A stretch of 64,000 bases of DNA. Origin: Utricularia gibba (Eukaryota > Plantae > Magnoliophyta). The position numbers and the translations under genes are program-made. The stretch lies in contig NEEC01000018.1 in assembly GCA_002189035.1 (NCBI GenBank), forward strand, positions 1,550,001 to 1,614,000, read 5' to 3'. The notes under the pieces were generated by a model. That model did not search any database. It was not told where the DNA came from and saw only the letters and a program-made list of their open reading frames with translations. Positions 11,775 to 24,716 of this stretch are shown one piece after another (the first letter of the stretch is position 1; every line of letters starts with the position of its first letter).

Positions 11775-12417
11775 CTTGACTTTTCCCCAAGTAACACACA
11801 AAAACAGCAAAGTCGGATCAAGATCAAAGGGGAAGCAATGCAACTGCTACCCCTTTTACAAGACGGGTTTGGGTGGGTGCTGTATATAAATACAAAGATG
11901 CATCACTCAGCTTCCGAGTTCTTCCAAGAAAATAATTGATTCACCCAATAGAAACCTCCACCTAAAAGGTTTGATCTATGGCATATATAATTAATTACAC
12001 GCTGGTAAGCTGTTTTGGGTGTTGACTTGTCCAATGTTGGCGTCTGCAGTTTCTGAAATCCGTCTACAAACTCTACGCGTACAAGTTGGATTCTGCAGAA
12101 AAATTCAAAGCTAGGCATCCTAGGGAAATATTTCACACTTGTTTTAATGAAGTCAAGCAAAAATCATGGCTATCTTCCCAAAGAGCTTTCAAAGTTCGTT
12201 TCCTTGTTGTTTCCTATGCATTCACATTTACTGAGCAAAAAAGACTGTTTCTTTAATATCCTGAAAAAACAAAAAAACTCATCAATTTGCAGGACAGACG
12301 GTTGAAATCGTGGATGGGACAGGAGAGGTGAACCGTGAACCACCGCTTTGAATGCTGTGATACGTAGGAGTGCTGGTATCCAGGTCCAGGCAGCGATTGG
12401 TTGAGTTTGGGTCTAAA

Positions 12418-14229
12418 ATGGCGACTCTTTTGCCGTTGCCATTGTCGGGGTTCCATGTGGGATGTGGTGAACCTCTCGGCTCGAATTCGCTATTTCCCCT
12501 GTTTCCCCGGAAATGTTTCACGGGCTCTACACATCGTCGCTCTTGTGTCATCACCTTTTCTTACAGTCAGTGGCCTGAAGCTTCGTTTTTTTGGCTAATT
12601 ATATGCTCAGTGGTGATCCTGCGAATGTTTTTGTCAGGAACTAAGAAGGGTTTTATCGGTAACGATGAACAGAGAAATCTTCTTGAAAAATACGGCATTG
12701 ATGCTGGTGATTTCTCGCCTACTACACTTCTGGAGAAGGTAAATGACAAGATTTACAGACATATAATGAAGCTGTGATTTCCTCATCAGTTGTCTGTGAA
12801 TTCAGCAAAGGGGAAAAAAGGCGAAACCTTTGGAGGAGCCTAAGCCTCCACGTGAGACTCACAAATTGCTTCAGGTTTGTGGGTTTCCTTTTATGGGAAT
12901 GCATTTTTCGCATATGAAGCACATTTTTGGTTACCTCATGTTCTTTCTTGTTCGGCATTCAAAATATTGGCTGAAAATCTACTTCTGAAGTAGCATTTCT
13001 GACCTGTGGGGTGGAGTATTGTAACTCGCTTTACGTAGAAGCATTGCTTTTAGAATCGAAAAAAAGGATGTTTTGAATGGTGGAGAAAATAATTGGAGCT
13101 GCAGAATGAATGCTATGAAGACATTAATGGCCATTAGGTGTTTAGGTTCTTGCAGGAACAGCTAGGAGGAAAAAACTACTCTCGCCAAAAGGGATGGATG
13201 TGAGGCCTATGATGGAAGTTGTTAAGGGAGCAGCCTTTGGGATCTTGCAGGTGAGCTGCACTTAGACACTGTTACAAAATTATGTCTCTGGTCCTGAATG
13301 GATCCACAGCCCTTCACTAATCCTACATTGCAGTTAATGAACTTCAAAGATGGCTTAACATTTGAAGTTCATTAAAACAGGCAGCTGGTGGATGTCCCCA
13401 GTCCCTTCGTCCTGGACGATGGTTAGATTTGTATAGTGGTACAGGATCTGTTGGGATTGAAGCTATCAGCAGAGGATGCTCTGAGGTTCATATTACAAGT
13501 TAGGAATCCCCTTTGAGGGCTGTGTGTGTTTTAACAAGCTTTCTTTGCTCATTCTTGCTTTTAGGTTCATTTTGTGGAGATGGATCCTTGGGTAGTTTCT
13601 GATGTCTTGATGAGGAATCTGGAGACAACAGGGTTTGGTGATGTTTCAGTTATACACACTACAAAAGTTGAAAACTTCCTGGCTAATGCTGCAGGATATT
13701 TAGGTAATGTTCTCCAGAAAAGACTTGCAACAAATCTTGCCATTCTTCTTCTTGACTTGCTTTGCTGCTGCAGCAGGAATGTGCCTTATGTATGTTGTTG
13801 CCTTTGTTCTAGGAAAGAATTGGACTTTCGACTATATAAGCGTTACGCCTCCGTATATGCTCGTTGATTATGCTGTTTTGATGCATCAGATCTCAAACTC
13901 TTCATTAGTTGGGGAGAACACCTTCATTGTAACCAGATCTCAGTTTTTCTTTGAATGTCATCATATCTTCCAATTCATGGTTTTAATCCTGTAGCTTACA
14001 ATTGCAGGTTGTTGAGTATCCTTTGAAAACCGACATGCCCGATTCGTGTTCGTGCTTGGTGAAGGTAGCCCTGGAAAGCAACCTTCTTCTTCTTCTCCAT
14101 AAGTTGCTCAAATAGCTCACTGGATCCTCTGTTACACTCCGGCAGATAGCTGATCGGCGCTTCGGCAGGACGCAGCTAGCCATATACGGACCACCATGGG
14201 CTCAAAAGAAGAACAAGCTGGATAAATGA
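12418..14229 (+). CDS. RSMD: plastid 16S rRNA m2G methyltransferase, RsmD/YlbH family, multi-exon
   Basis: THKLLQ-VLAGTARRKKLLSPKGMDVRPMMEVVKGAAFGILQ, RWLDLYSGTGSVGIEAISRGC (SAM motif), VEMDPW, FDYISVTPPY and DRRFGRTQLAIYGP. Stop at 14227-14229. Confidence 0.9.
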
Positions 14230-15686
14230 CTGGCTTGATACCTTAACCAGCTTGGCACATTCCCAGCTGCAACCTGCGATCCTTTTACCAAACCATCCAA
14301 CATGGAATCAGACGTGAAGATCTCAGCTTCGCTCCCCGTATAACGAATTCCCTGCACACGAAAAGGGATCATATTTGTTTGGAATCACTGGTTTAGGTGA
14401 ATCTGAGAAGCGTTTTTCCTGCTTTCTGCTGCTTCTGGTTGAAGCCGCATGTAACAACAATGTGAACAGATCACAAAAGAATCTACCCATCCAAATGTTC
14501 ATCTGAGATACATGCAGTCTTGGGGTTGAGAAGCCACCCCATGCGGAATTTCACCTTTTCAGCGTCGTTGCCCGAGATTCTGAGAACACACGAGAGCTTG
14601 AACAAGTCACGCTGCCTCAGAAGCTCCCGGTAAGGCTGTGTCGGTGGATTTGTTGGCGGCGACGGTTACCTAAAACCTAGGGCTGAGGAAGAAAGGATAG
14701 CGCAAGAGAGAGCAGAAAACGCTACCGATCTGATGAAGGTGGGCATTGACCATGGCCAGCAAGATGGAAGAGAGGATTCAATTCATGGCTGAATAAATTG
14801 TTTTTATTTTAATATTCAAAATTGCAGAAAACATAAAAATAATTTTCTCTTTTTTATTAATAATCATGAAAAATAAAAATAATTTCAAAGAAACTATATT
14901 TTTTACTTTTAAAAAATTAATTTTATGCATTTTTTTTATCCCACTCTAATTTAACTTTTTTTATATTTTAAAAAATATAAAATTATGAAATTTAATATAT
15001 TTAAATGTCACTTTAATCTTTTATGATATTTTTTTCTTTAAAAAATATAAAATCATGAAAATTATATGTTTGTACGTCACTTTCATCACCTTCGTTTAGG
15101 ATAGTGACATTTGGTCATATATTAACTCTAATACGCAAATTTCACAATTTTCTCATATTTTAAATAAGAATATTATATTATTAATTTAAGATAAATATAA
15201 TAGTGAGTTATTCGTTGTAATGAAGATAATTGTTGTATGCAGCCGCAGTGCTATAAAAACAAGGAAGCGCAGAGCAAACTGCAGTGCTCTTAAATCTTTG
15301 TTGGTGTTCTGGAGTTGCGGGTTCTGAGATTGACGCAAAGGGAATCGATAACGTTCGAATCTGAACTGGGTTTTGATCGGTGGAACGTCTCAGTTCTTTT
15401 GGGGTGTCTCGGGTTGGTTAGATCTGTTTTCCCTCCTCTCTGGGTAAGGTTGAAGAAAGGCAGGGGTTACTGTTTTCTATTGCTAGATCGATCTAAGGCA
15501 TCATCTCGCCGCTCGGGGATCAGGGATGGCGTCCCTCTACAGAACCGCAGCGTATAGGCATTGATCGTTACGGAAGAATCGGTCTTTGGGTTTTGTCCTT
15601 TCTTGTGTTAATGACTTTTTTATGTAGTTTTTTGTGCTTACTGGTTTGGTTTTGGTGACGTTTAGGTTGGGATTTCGATCGGGGTG

Positions 15687-18600
15687 ATGAAGCGATCGCG
15701 TGAGGAGGTTTATTCGGGGCCTCCATTTAACCGACCGTTTAATTCTACGTTTCCCCGCGCCGATTTGTAAGCCCTTTTAGAGCATCTTCAATCGTTGTTT
15801 TAGTTCACTGTCAATTGGGATAGGCTGCAATTCGGGTGGGGACGGGGGAGGGGGAGGTTTAGGTTTTTAAACAAACCCATTTGGGCATTCATCATCCTGA
15901 TCTTGGAAAAAAGAAGAGCTTGGATCTTCATGCATTTCTTCAATATACGGATTGTATACCCGCGAGGTGCGTGCGGGGTACAGGGTGTGGCGATGGGTGT
16001 TTTTTTAGCTAGGGTTACAAAACTTCACTCTTCGTACTTATGGAGCCAGAAATGTTTGATGATGGTTTCACGTGATTGGAAAAATTCCATATTTTTCAGA
16101 CTGTGAATCACATTCTCACATTGATTGTTATAGATATGGAAATTCACAAGCTCCTGTAGCTGGTGGGAATGGTGTCAGTGCTATTGTTAATGTTGGAAAC
16201 AGTGCGGTGGGTGGCGATGCTGCGGGAGGCACCCAAAAACTCACTACAAATGACGCCTTAAGTTATTTAAAGCAAGTCAAGGACATGTTCCAAGATCAAA
16301 GAGGGAAGTATGATTGCTTCCTTGACGTTATGAAAGATTTCAAGGGTCAACGGTAAAACCTTTTATAAAAAGAAAAGTCTGAATTAGTGAAATTTTTCGA
16401 AGCATTCTGAAACTTTTATTTCGCATAGGATTGATACAGCTGGTGTCATACGTAGAGTGAAGGAATTGTTTAAGGGGCACCCTGATCTAATCCTTGGGTT
16501 TAACACATTTTTGCCTAAGGGCTATGAAATATCACTCACCGATGATGAACAAGTGCTGCCCCCTAAGCGAACAGTTGAGTTTGAAGAAGCAATCAGTTTT
16601 GTCAACAAAATTAAGGTGAGATTCATTACTTTGTGCAGTGCAGTTTCTTTATTTATCCTATGATGCACAACATTTAATATATAATTTTCCTGCAGAAACG
16701 TTTTCAGAATGATGACCACATTTACAAGTCGTTTCTTGATATCTTAAACATGTACCGGAAGGAACACAAAAGCATTACTGAGGTTTATAGAGAGGTATGA
16801 GCTTTACACTGAGTCCTTCCTATATTTTGAGTTTATTTTCTGTGCACATAAAGGTATCTGTTTATATTACAGCATTGATTGGTTTTTTCATTGTCAACCT
16901 CACTAACCGAAATACATTCACCTGAAGGTAGCAACACTTTTTCGTGGTCACACGGACCTCCTCGAAGAGTTCACAAAATTTTTGCCAGATACTTCAGCTT
17001 CCACTGCACATTCTAATGGTTCTCTCAGTCGCCATTTTTTTAATCATAATGATGAGAAGAACCCCTCCTTGTCTGCTATGAGGAACACATACACAGAAAA
17101 GGTTTATTATATGCTTATTTTTTATTGCAATCGTTTTCTTATTTTTGATGCTTTTGTATTGATATTTGATTGGGGTGTTACCTTGAGCAGCGGCAAATTA
17201 AAGAAAGGGTTTTAGAGCGTAACATAGAACGAGATTTTAGTGTTGAGCGTCCAGATACTGAAGACGATAAAACAGCTATTAAAATGCTGAAGGAGCAAAA
17301 GAAGCTTGCTGAAAGGGAAAGCAGAGACAAGATGAACTGCGATATGAATGCCCGGGACCTTGAAAATGATAATTTGGACGTTAATGTGCACCGGGTTTCT
17401 GAAAAACGGAAGTCTTCTCAAAAATCTGATGACTTTGGAGGAGCTGCAAATTTTGCTTCCTCTGAGAACAGAGATGCATTAAAAAGTGAGATTTCTGCCT
17501 CCTTTTTGGTTGCATTTCACCTTTACAGAGACTGCGGTACGTCAGACTCATTGTGCCTGGAGTTAAAAATTTTTTTGCAAAAAGTTAGAAGAGATGTTGT
17601 ATTCCTGGAAATACTTCGTCTCATAAACTGTTATAAAGATACTTTTCAGTCTAGATAACTTTGGTATGGTAGTTTCACTTTTGACAACTTATTCTGTTTG
17701 ATCTTGCAGGTGCATATAGCAATGAGTTTCTCTTTTGTGAAAAAGTCAAAGAGAGGTTGAACAATGCGGATGATTACCAGGATTTTTTGAAATGTCTTCA
17801 CCTTTACAGCCAAGAAATCATCAGTAGGCATGAATTACAGGATCTGGTATGGCTGCTTTAGTCTAAGAAAAGTTACTTAATATCATATTCGGAAATCGAG
17901 TAGCTTTTGATGTACTAGAGCTTTTTAGTCAAGATGCATTTACCATCAGAGCATAAGAGAACGTACTTGATTTTAAAAGCATCATAGAAAGGTGGATTTT
18001 TGTCTGAAAAAATGACAAACAACTCTTTTTATTGTATTGATCTGAAGGTTTTCCTTCAATGTTGTAAAAAATTAAATATGTAGGACCTCATTCTCATTAA
18101 ATGTGCACTCAGGTAGCTGCTATAATTGGAAAACATGAAGATCTTTTGGAGTGCTTTCATGAGTTTTTGCAACGTTGTGAACGCATGGGTATGCACTGGT
18201 TCTTACTGTTTAAATTCTACTTTCTGGCTGAATTTATGACCTATTTCTTTCTTCTTCAGATGGATTTTTGCCTGGTGTTATGGGAAAAAGTATGTAGTCT
18301 ACCCATCTTCCACACTTCATCCATCTTTCTTTAGGAGATGCCCTTACTCTTCTCATTGTTGTTTCTCCTGTCTACGATGCTTTATGTGACTTTTTTTCAT
18401 TTGAATCAGAATCATCCTGGAACGAGTCAAACACCTCGAAATTATTAAAAATCGAGAGTAAAGAAAAGGAGCATAGGCGTGAAGGCGAGGGTGGTAAAGA
18501 GAAAGAACGGCCCAACTCTAAATACCTGGGGAAGTCCATTCAGGAGCTGGACCTTTCTAATTCTGAATGCTGCACTCCCAGTTATCGGCTTCTTCCTGAT

Positions 18601-21600
18601 GATGTAATATTTCTTAAAACAGAATTTCACAAAAAAGGGTAGCAAAATCTACATTCATTCACATTGTACTAATTATGATGTTGCAGTACCCAATGTCCTC
18701 CGTCAGCCAGAGATCAGAACTTGGTAACCAAGTTCTAAATGACAAATGGGTGTCTGTGACATCTGGAAGTGAGGATTATTCCTTTAAACACATGCGAAGA
18801 AACCAGTACGAAGAAAGCCTTTTCAGATGTGAAGATGATAGGTAACATGGTTTAGTGATTGTGTTAGACTTCAAAATTGGATATCATTTCATCTATACAG
18901 CTTGTTGTTTGTTGTATATGAGATAAAAAATTATAATTTTCTTTTCAGATTTGAACTAGATATGCTGTTGGAGTCAGTGAGTTCTACTTCCAAGCGTGCG
19001 GAGGAACTGCTGAATGGTCTTACAGATAACTCAATTGGAACAGAAGGCCCCATACGAATCGAGGATCATTTCACAGGTTTGTTGAGGCGTTCAAAATTTC
19101 ACACCGCTTGATGTAGGAACCTGTTGTTTGCACTGGTTGCTGAATTCCTTTATTTTTTTAAAAAGCTCTCAACTTAAGGTGCATTGAGCGTCTCTATGGC
19201 GACCATGGACTTGACGTAATGGACATTTTGCGGAAAAATCCCTCTCTGGCATTGCCTGTCATCCTGACACGTCTGAAGCAGAAGCAGGAGGAGTGGACCA
19301 AATGCCGATCAGATTTTAACAAAGTTTGGGCTGAGATATATCAGAAGAATCATGCCAAGACACTTGATCACCGGAGCTTTTATTTCAAGCAGCAGGATTC
19401 GAAGAATTTAAGTACAAAATGTAAGCTAGTTACGTTTCAATATTGTATCTCCACATCTGCTTAGTGATTGTGCTGATTCATTTTTCTATATTCTTATGGA
19501 CAGCATTAGTTGCTGAAATTAAAGAGATCAAGGAGAAAATGCAGAAAGAGGATGATGCTGTTCTTAGTTTTGCAGCTGGAAGTAGGCATTCTTGCAAACC
19601 ACACATGGAATTTGAATATGCTGATGCCGACGTCCAGGACGATGTTTTTAGAATTATCAAGTACTCCTGTGAAGAGATTTGCTCGACAAAAGATCAATTG
19701 CAAAAAGTCATGAGGCTCTGGACAAACTTTGTTGAACCAATTCTGGGGGTACGCTCCCGATCATATGGAGTGGATACCACAGGAGATGGTGGCACAAAGC
19801 ATAAGGTGTTAAAATCAGGTGAAAATGAAGGCGAACCCATTAGTGATGCTGCAGTGGCACTCTCCAAGGAAATCAGGTCTTACAATGAGGATGCTGCAAC
19901 ATCTTCCCAACTTACGAATTTTAATGCTCGTATGGTGAACATGGTTGGAGGGATGAAAGATGGACAAGATATCTCTTTCAGTGAAAGAGATAACATACCT
20001 GCCACTTCAAGACCAAATGCCAATCATGGTATGTACGAGTCAGGGATGACACTTTCCTTCATGATCACTGTCGGATTTTGAATGATTTTGTGTGTTTTTG
20101 ACTTGAAAGTGTCAGTTGCGAGCACAGCACATGTGAGAAATGGACCCATCGATGGGGTTGACAATACAAAACATGTTGCAGATGATCGGCTGTCTTCAGA
20201 GGTTCACTTCTGATTTTGAATTCTAAATCTCATTTTACAGGAGAAACAGTTATTCAGTGGCTAAATCTTCAGAGTATTCTTTTTTAGTATTCGCTAATGT
20301 TTTTCTTTCCCAATATCTGGTATTTTCTTCTTTTCATCAGGATATCTCTTTGGTCTGAATTTTTGTTATTATTCTTATGCAGCAGGGTGAGGAGGTATTG
20401 AAATTGAATCAATCTGCAAATTTTGAATTTGGGGATGTATCCAGACCTATTGGATATAAGGAGGATTTGGTTGGTCCTTGCATGGTTGAGAAAGAAGAGG
20501 GTGAGCTTTCGCCCAATTGTGATTTTGAAGACAATTTTGCGTCCTCTCAAGAGTGCAGTTTGCAAGCCGTGCCTGAGGAAAATGGCATAAATGTAAAGAT
20601 CGAAGCTCAAATAGGGATTAATGATGACGTTCATATCAGGGATAAGGATGATGTAGGTCCAGATGATGAGGACAGTGAAAACATCTCTGTGGATGGAGAA
20701 GATGTTTCTGGCAGTGAGTCTGCTTCTGATGAGTGTTCTCGTGAAGAACGTGAGGAAGAAGAAGATGTGGAGCCGGATGAGATGGATGCCAAAGTTGAGA
20801 GTGAAGGAGAGACTGAGATTGCTGGTGGCGATGGTGGTTCACTGCCTCCATCAGAGCAATATTTGCTTACATGCAAGCCTGTCTGCAAACTTGTTTCAAT
20901 GCCATTTGCTGGCGATGTAATGAGAGAACGACAAGTTCTTTATGGAAATGATTCCCTCTATGTACTCTTTCGCCTGCATCAGGTATGTTTTTAATTACAA
21001 CTGCAACTCTCTGTCTCATAATTCACATCGTCTCTGGGTGCTACATGATTTTACTCCATTGCTCCTGCAGACATTATATGAAAGAATGTTGTTTGCAAAG
21101 ATGCATTTCGTATACAGTGAATCAAGATGCAAAATGACAAAGGAGGCAACGTCTGATCCGTCTGCAAGGTGATCGATTGGCATTCAGGTTTCTGATGCAT
21201 TTGAAGGCTCACTTTTAATTGTTTTTTGGATAATATTTATGCCTCAGGTTCATCAATGCGTTATTTAATTTGCTTGATGGCTCTTATGATAATACAAAGT
21301 TTGAAGATGATTGTCGGTCTCTGATTGGAAATCAAGCATACGTGTTATTTACATTGGACAAGCTGATATATAAGTTGGTAAAGCAGGTATTTTTCCCATA
21401 GTCTCGTATACGTTGGTAGAATACTTCTAGCTCAACATTTTGTTGACTGCTGATCTTGGTTATGTGATTTTTACAGCTCCAAATTGTGTCAAGTGATGAG
21501 GTGTGCTGTAAACTGCTTCAGCTTTTTGACTATGAACAGTCCAGAAAGCCACAGAAGTACGTGGATTCAGTTCACTATGAAAATGTCCATGTGCTTCTGC

Positions 21601-22412
21601 ATGATGAGAATGTATACCGGATTGAATGTGTAAGCCATCTACTTTTTCTTGAAATGTCGTAGGAATTTGGTCAATCCTGAGTTCTGCCCCTTTTTGATGC
21701 AGACGTACAATCCCACCCGGTTATCTTTTCAGCTGATGGATGATGGAAGTGAGAAGGCTGAGGTTGTTGCAGTCTCAATTGATCCTGGTTTTGCTACATA
21801 TCTTCAGTATGACTACCTTTCGGCTGATCATGGGAGGAAGGAGTTATCTGGTATTATCCTAAGGAGGTATGGATCTCAAGATCTTCCCAGAATTTACAAA
21901 ATGATCATTTTTTGCCTTCACATGTGGCATGAATGTACTCTACTTCCCATAGCTCTTCTGCCTATATGTAATTATTGATCCAGTTGCGCCTCTATTCTAC
22001 TTGAGCTGCATGCAGGAACATGCAGAAATACCACAATCTAGACGAATCTCCTGCCCTTGTTAAGGCAACTGAAAGCACCCGGACCATAAATGGGTTGGAA
22101 TGCAAGATGGCATCGACCACATCAAAGGTGTAGTTTTTTTCTATTCTGCCAAAGAAGAAATAGACCCTTTTTGGCTCTGAGAAACTGGCTTGCTTGCATA
22201 GCTAAATTTCCTTTGCTTCTGGTGTCGAAGCTCTAATACGCCTTTTTGAATGCTCGTGCCTACCTCAGATCTCATATGTCCTCGACACTGCTGATTATTT
22301 TATACGTTTGGGACGGACAAAGTATGAACCAGCAGACCAACGTTCACAAGCTCGCAAGGCTGCTGCAACGCAACGGTTTCGTCGGTTCTTAGAGTCCTCT
22401 AACTTACAGTGA
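15687..22412 (+). CDS. paired amphipathic helix protein SIN3-like (SNL1/SNL2-type), multi-exon
   Basis: MKRSREEVY start. PAH1 [17 protein letters not shown] and [16 protein letters not shown]; PAH2 [14 protein letters not shown]; HID motifs [47 protein letters not shown] and [15 protein letters not shown]; C-terminal [18 protein letters not shown] (ctataaaaa) at ~15251. Confidence 0.93.
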
Positions 22413-23012
22413 CACTCCTCCAGGTATATAATCATTTCTTGATCCCTTCCATCCCCCAAACCAGTCCCTGAGCCGCATCTGTTCTTGTCCAGATTCCATA
22501 CTGTGGGTGTGTTGAAAAAATGGTCATGTATTATGCAATGTCCACTACAGCATGTTCATCTGCTTTGCTCCGGTTTGTTTCTGCTTTATGGACCAGTTGA
22601 ATAAATCGGAGCGGCTACAAATCTGTACATAAGTAGGCTGCGCCAGGGAGACTTTATTAGATTGTTGGTGTAGGGTGGATGCAGAATACAGGAGTGCTTT
22701 GCAGTTCTCTTGTTTGAAGAGATTGTAGTGTTTGTGATACAGATATTTGATACCTGAATTCTACTGTCAAATTGTAACCATTATGTTTTTCAATGAATAC
22801 TCTTGTTACATGGAAGCTCCTCTTTCTCTTTGTATAGAAAACAGCACCACGATGAACAACAACAAGGGAATAATACATAGCAAATTCAGTCTCCAAATAC
22901 AAGAGGATGCAACTGCAAGCATAAACATGGTGTGAAACGAAGAACAAAAAGGCTCAGAAAAATAGTACTCAGCATCAAAGATTTCTGAATATCATCCGCC
23001 ATTTGCCTATCT

Positions 23013-23921
23013 CTACTGGTTCATTGTCGAGGTAGTCTCTTGCCAAACTCCACCTTCTTCCTTCCACAACGTCAGGTTATTGTCTCCGGAGGATACTGCC
23101 AATGAGTCCCCGGTCAAGGACCAAGAAACCTTCCACACGGGAGCCTTGAAATCGTTCAGAACTTTGCCATCCCAATGACGGCCTTCACTGGTTGACGTCC
23201 ATATGACCACGGTGCCATCCTCGGAAGCACTTGCGATTGTCGATGTGGGGAGCCCCAAGTTGGGTGCCCAGGCGACATCACTGACCAAATTAGAATGCTT
23301 TTGAAGCACTGGTGAACAATCCAGTTCCCAGATGCCATTATGAAGCTTCCATACTTTGACTGTGTTGTCACGGCCACCTGAAGCTAGTTTCTGCACGGTT
23401 CCAGTAACCCCGGATCCAATGAGATCACCAGGGGCTGTAGCAGGAGCCCACGTCACCGATGTTACCCCAGTAGGATGTGCTTGCTCTATTTTTGTAGTGT
23501 CCCAGCTGCCATCTTGTTGAGATGTATAGATGGAAATGGTTCCATCTGAAGATCCACATGCTAAGCAGAAGCCAAGCTCATGCGGCGCCCAAGCAATGGA
23601 ATTCACAGATGACGCGTGGTTGCTGAAGACATGATACTGAGACCAGACGTTGTTGCTGCCTTCGTTCCAGATGATGACTTTTCCATCATAAGAACAGGAA
23701 GCAAGCACTGAGCCAAACTTCGGATGCGCCCAAGCCACCTGCCAGACCGGGCCTTGATGCCCTCTCAAAGTGGCTAGATGCTGAGAAGAGTTCCTTCTTA
23801 CACCAATTATCTTTATTGTAGCATCAGACAAAGCTGTTGCCACGCGCTTTCCATAGTAATCCATGGATACATCATGAACCTTATCACCTTCATTTGTCTC
23901 TATCTTCCGTCCTGGCAGCAT
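23013..23921 (-). CDS. SEC13: SEC13 homolog (WD40; COPII/nuclear pore), intronless CDS with probable 5' UTR intron (~24397-23925)
   Basis: VHDVSMDYYGKRVAT, LRGHQGPVWQVAWAHPKFGSVLASCSYDGKVIIW, DVAWAPNLGLP.STIASAS and PVWKVSWSLTG. Confidence 0.92.
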   Translation of the reverse strand: MLPGRKIETNEGDKVHDVSMDYYGKRVATALSDATIKIIGVRRNSSQHLATLRGHQGPVWQVAWAHPKFGSVLASCSYDGKVIIWNEGSNNVWSQYHVFSNHASSVNSIAWAPHELGFCLACGSSDGTISIYTSQQDGSWDTTKIEQAHPTGVTSVTWAPATAPGDLIGSGVTGTVQKLASGGRDNTVKVWKLHNGIWELDCSPVLQKHSNLVSDVAWAPNLGLPTSTIASASEDGTVVIWTSTSEGRHWDGKVLNDFKAPVWKVSWSLTGDSLAVSSGDNNLTLWKEEGGVWQETTSTMNQ

Positions 23922-24716
23922 TCTTTTCAGGTGAACCTTCTCGCAATGTATGATGTATGCTTACTAATTTCTTCAAAACCTGGAAACCAGGCATCCAAGC
24001 ACCATAAACATTTGAGAAACCAGGCAAGCAAAACCTCAAGTCACCCATAACAGCAAAGGGCTTCATGCAATGCCCATATCCGAAAATTCACAGATGACTA
24101 TAGCAGCCCTAATCAAACTCTAGAAGTCGAAATACCAGAAAACATAACAGCTACAGAATACGAACCATTTACCCACAACACAAATCTATAATAAAACATG
24201 AAATTACACCAGAGAAAATCAACAATTTAGATAGGGCAGGGCGATCATTCAGAGGAACTCGATAACATCATGAAATGAAATCAAAAGAATGGGAAGATCT
24301 CATTAAAAGTTCCAACTTGATACGTTTCCCAAATAGAGAAGAATCAGCAGAGCATTATATACTCAAAAAATAGCAATCGGAACAAAATCCGACGCACCTG
24401 GGTCTGCGAGAAGAGAAAGTTAATCCTCTGGAAACAGATCTATTGAAGAAACAATCAAAACAGACGTTCAATTATAGATGTCGGGCAGTGGGTTGCCAAG
24501 CGAAATTAGGAAAACCAAGGTATCAATTTGCCAAGGTTTGACTTTTGAGGATCTAATTGCAATTATGGAAAGTGTGTGAGTGACGAAATGGAAATGTTGA
24601 ATAGTACGAGGGTTATTGAGATATTCAAAGCTTTTTAAAGGATCGAGATGTAAAATTATAATATCCGTTGAGCTTAGAGGAAGATGGCAATGGCTGGCAC
24701 TGGTATGTAGCAGAAA

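Noticed and set aside
14009-14030. GTATCCTT U12-type donor-like motif
   Set aside because: It lies inside the RsmD coding exon (VEYPLK), not at an intron boundary.
14967-15083. Two ~45-bp AT-rich direct repeats (tttaaaaaatataaaat.atgaaa...gtcacttt)
   Set aside because: Low complexity with no TIR or TSD found; at most a TE relic.
22424-22491. Possible 3' UTR intron of the SIN3-like gene
   Set aside because: The donor is only ~11 nt after the stop, below the NMD threshold, and it is unconfirmed.
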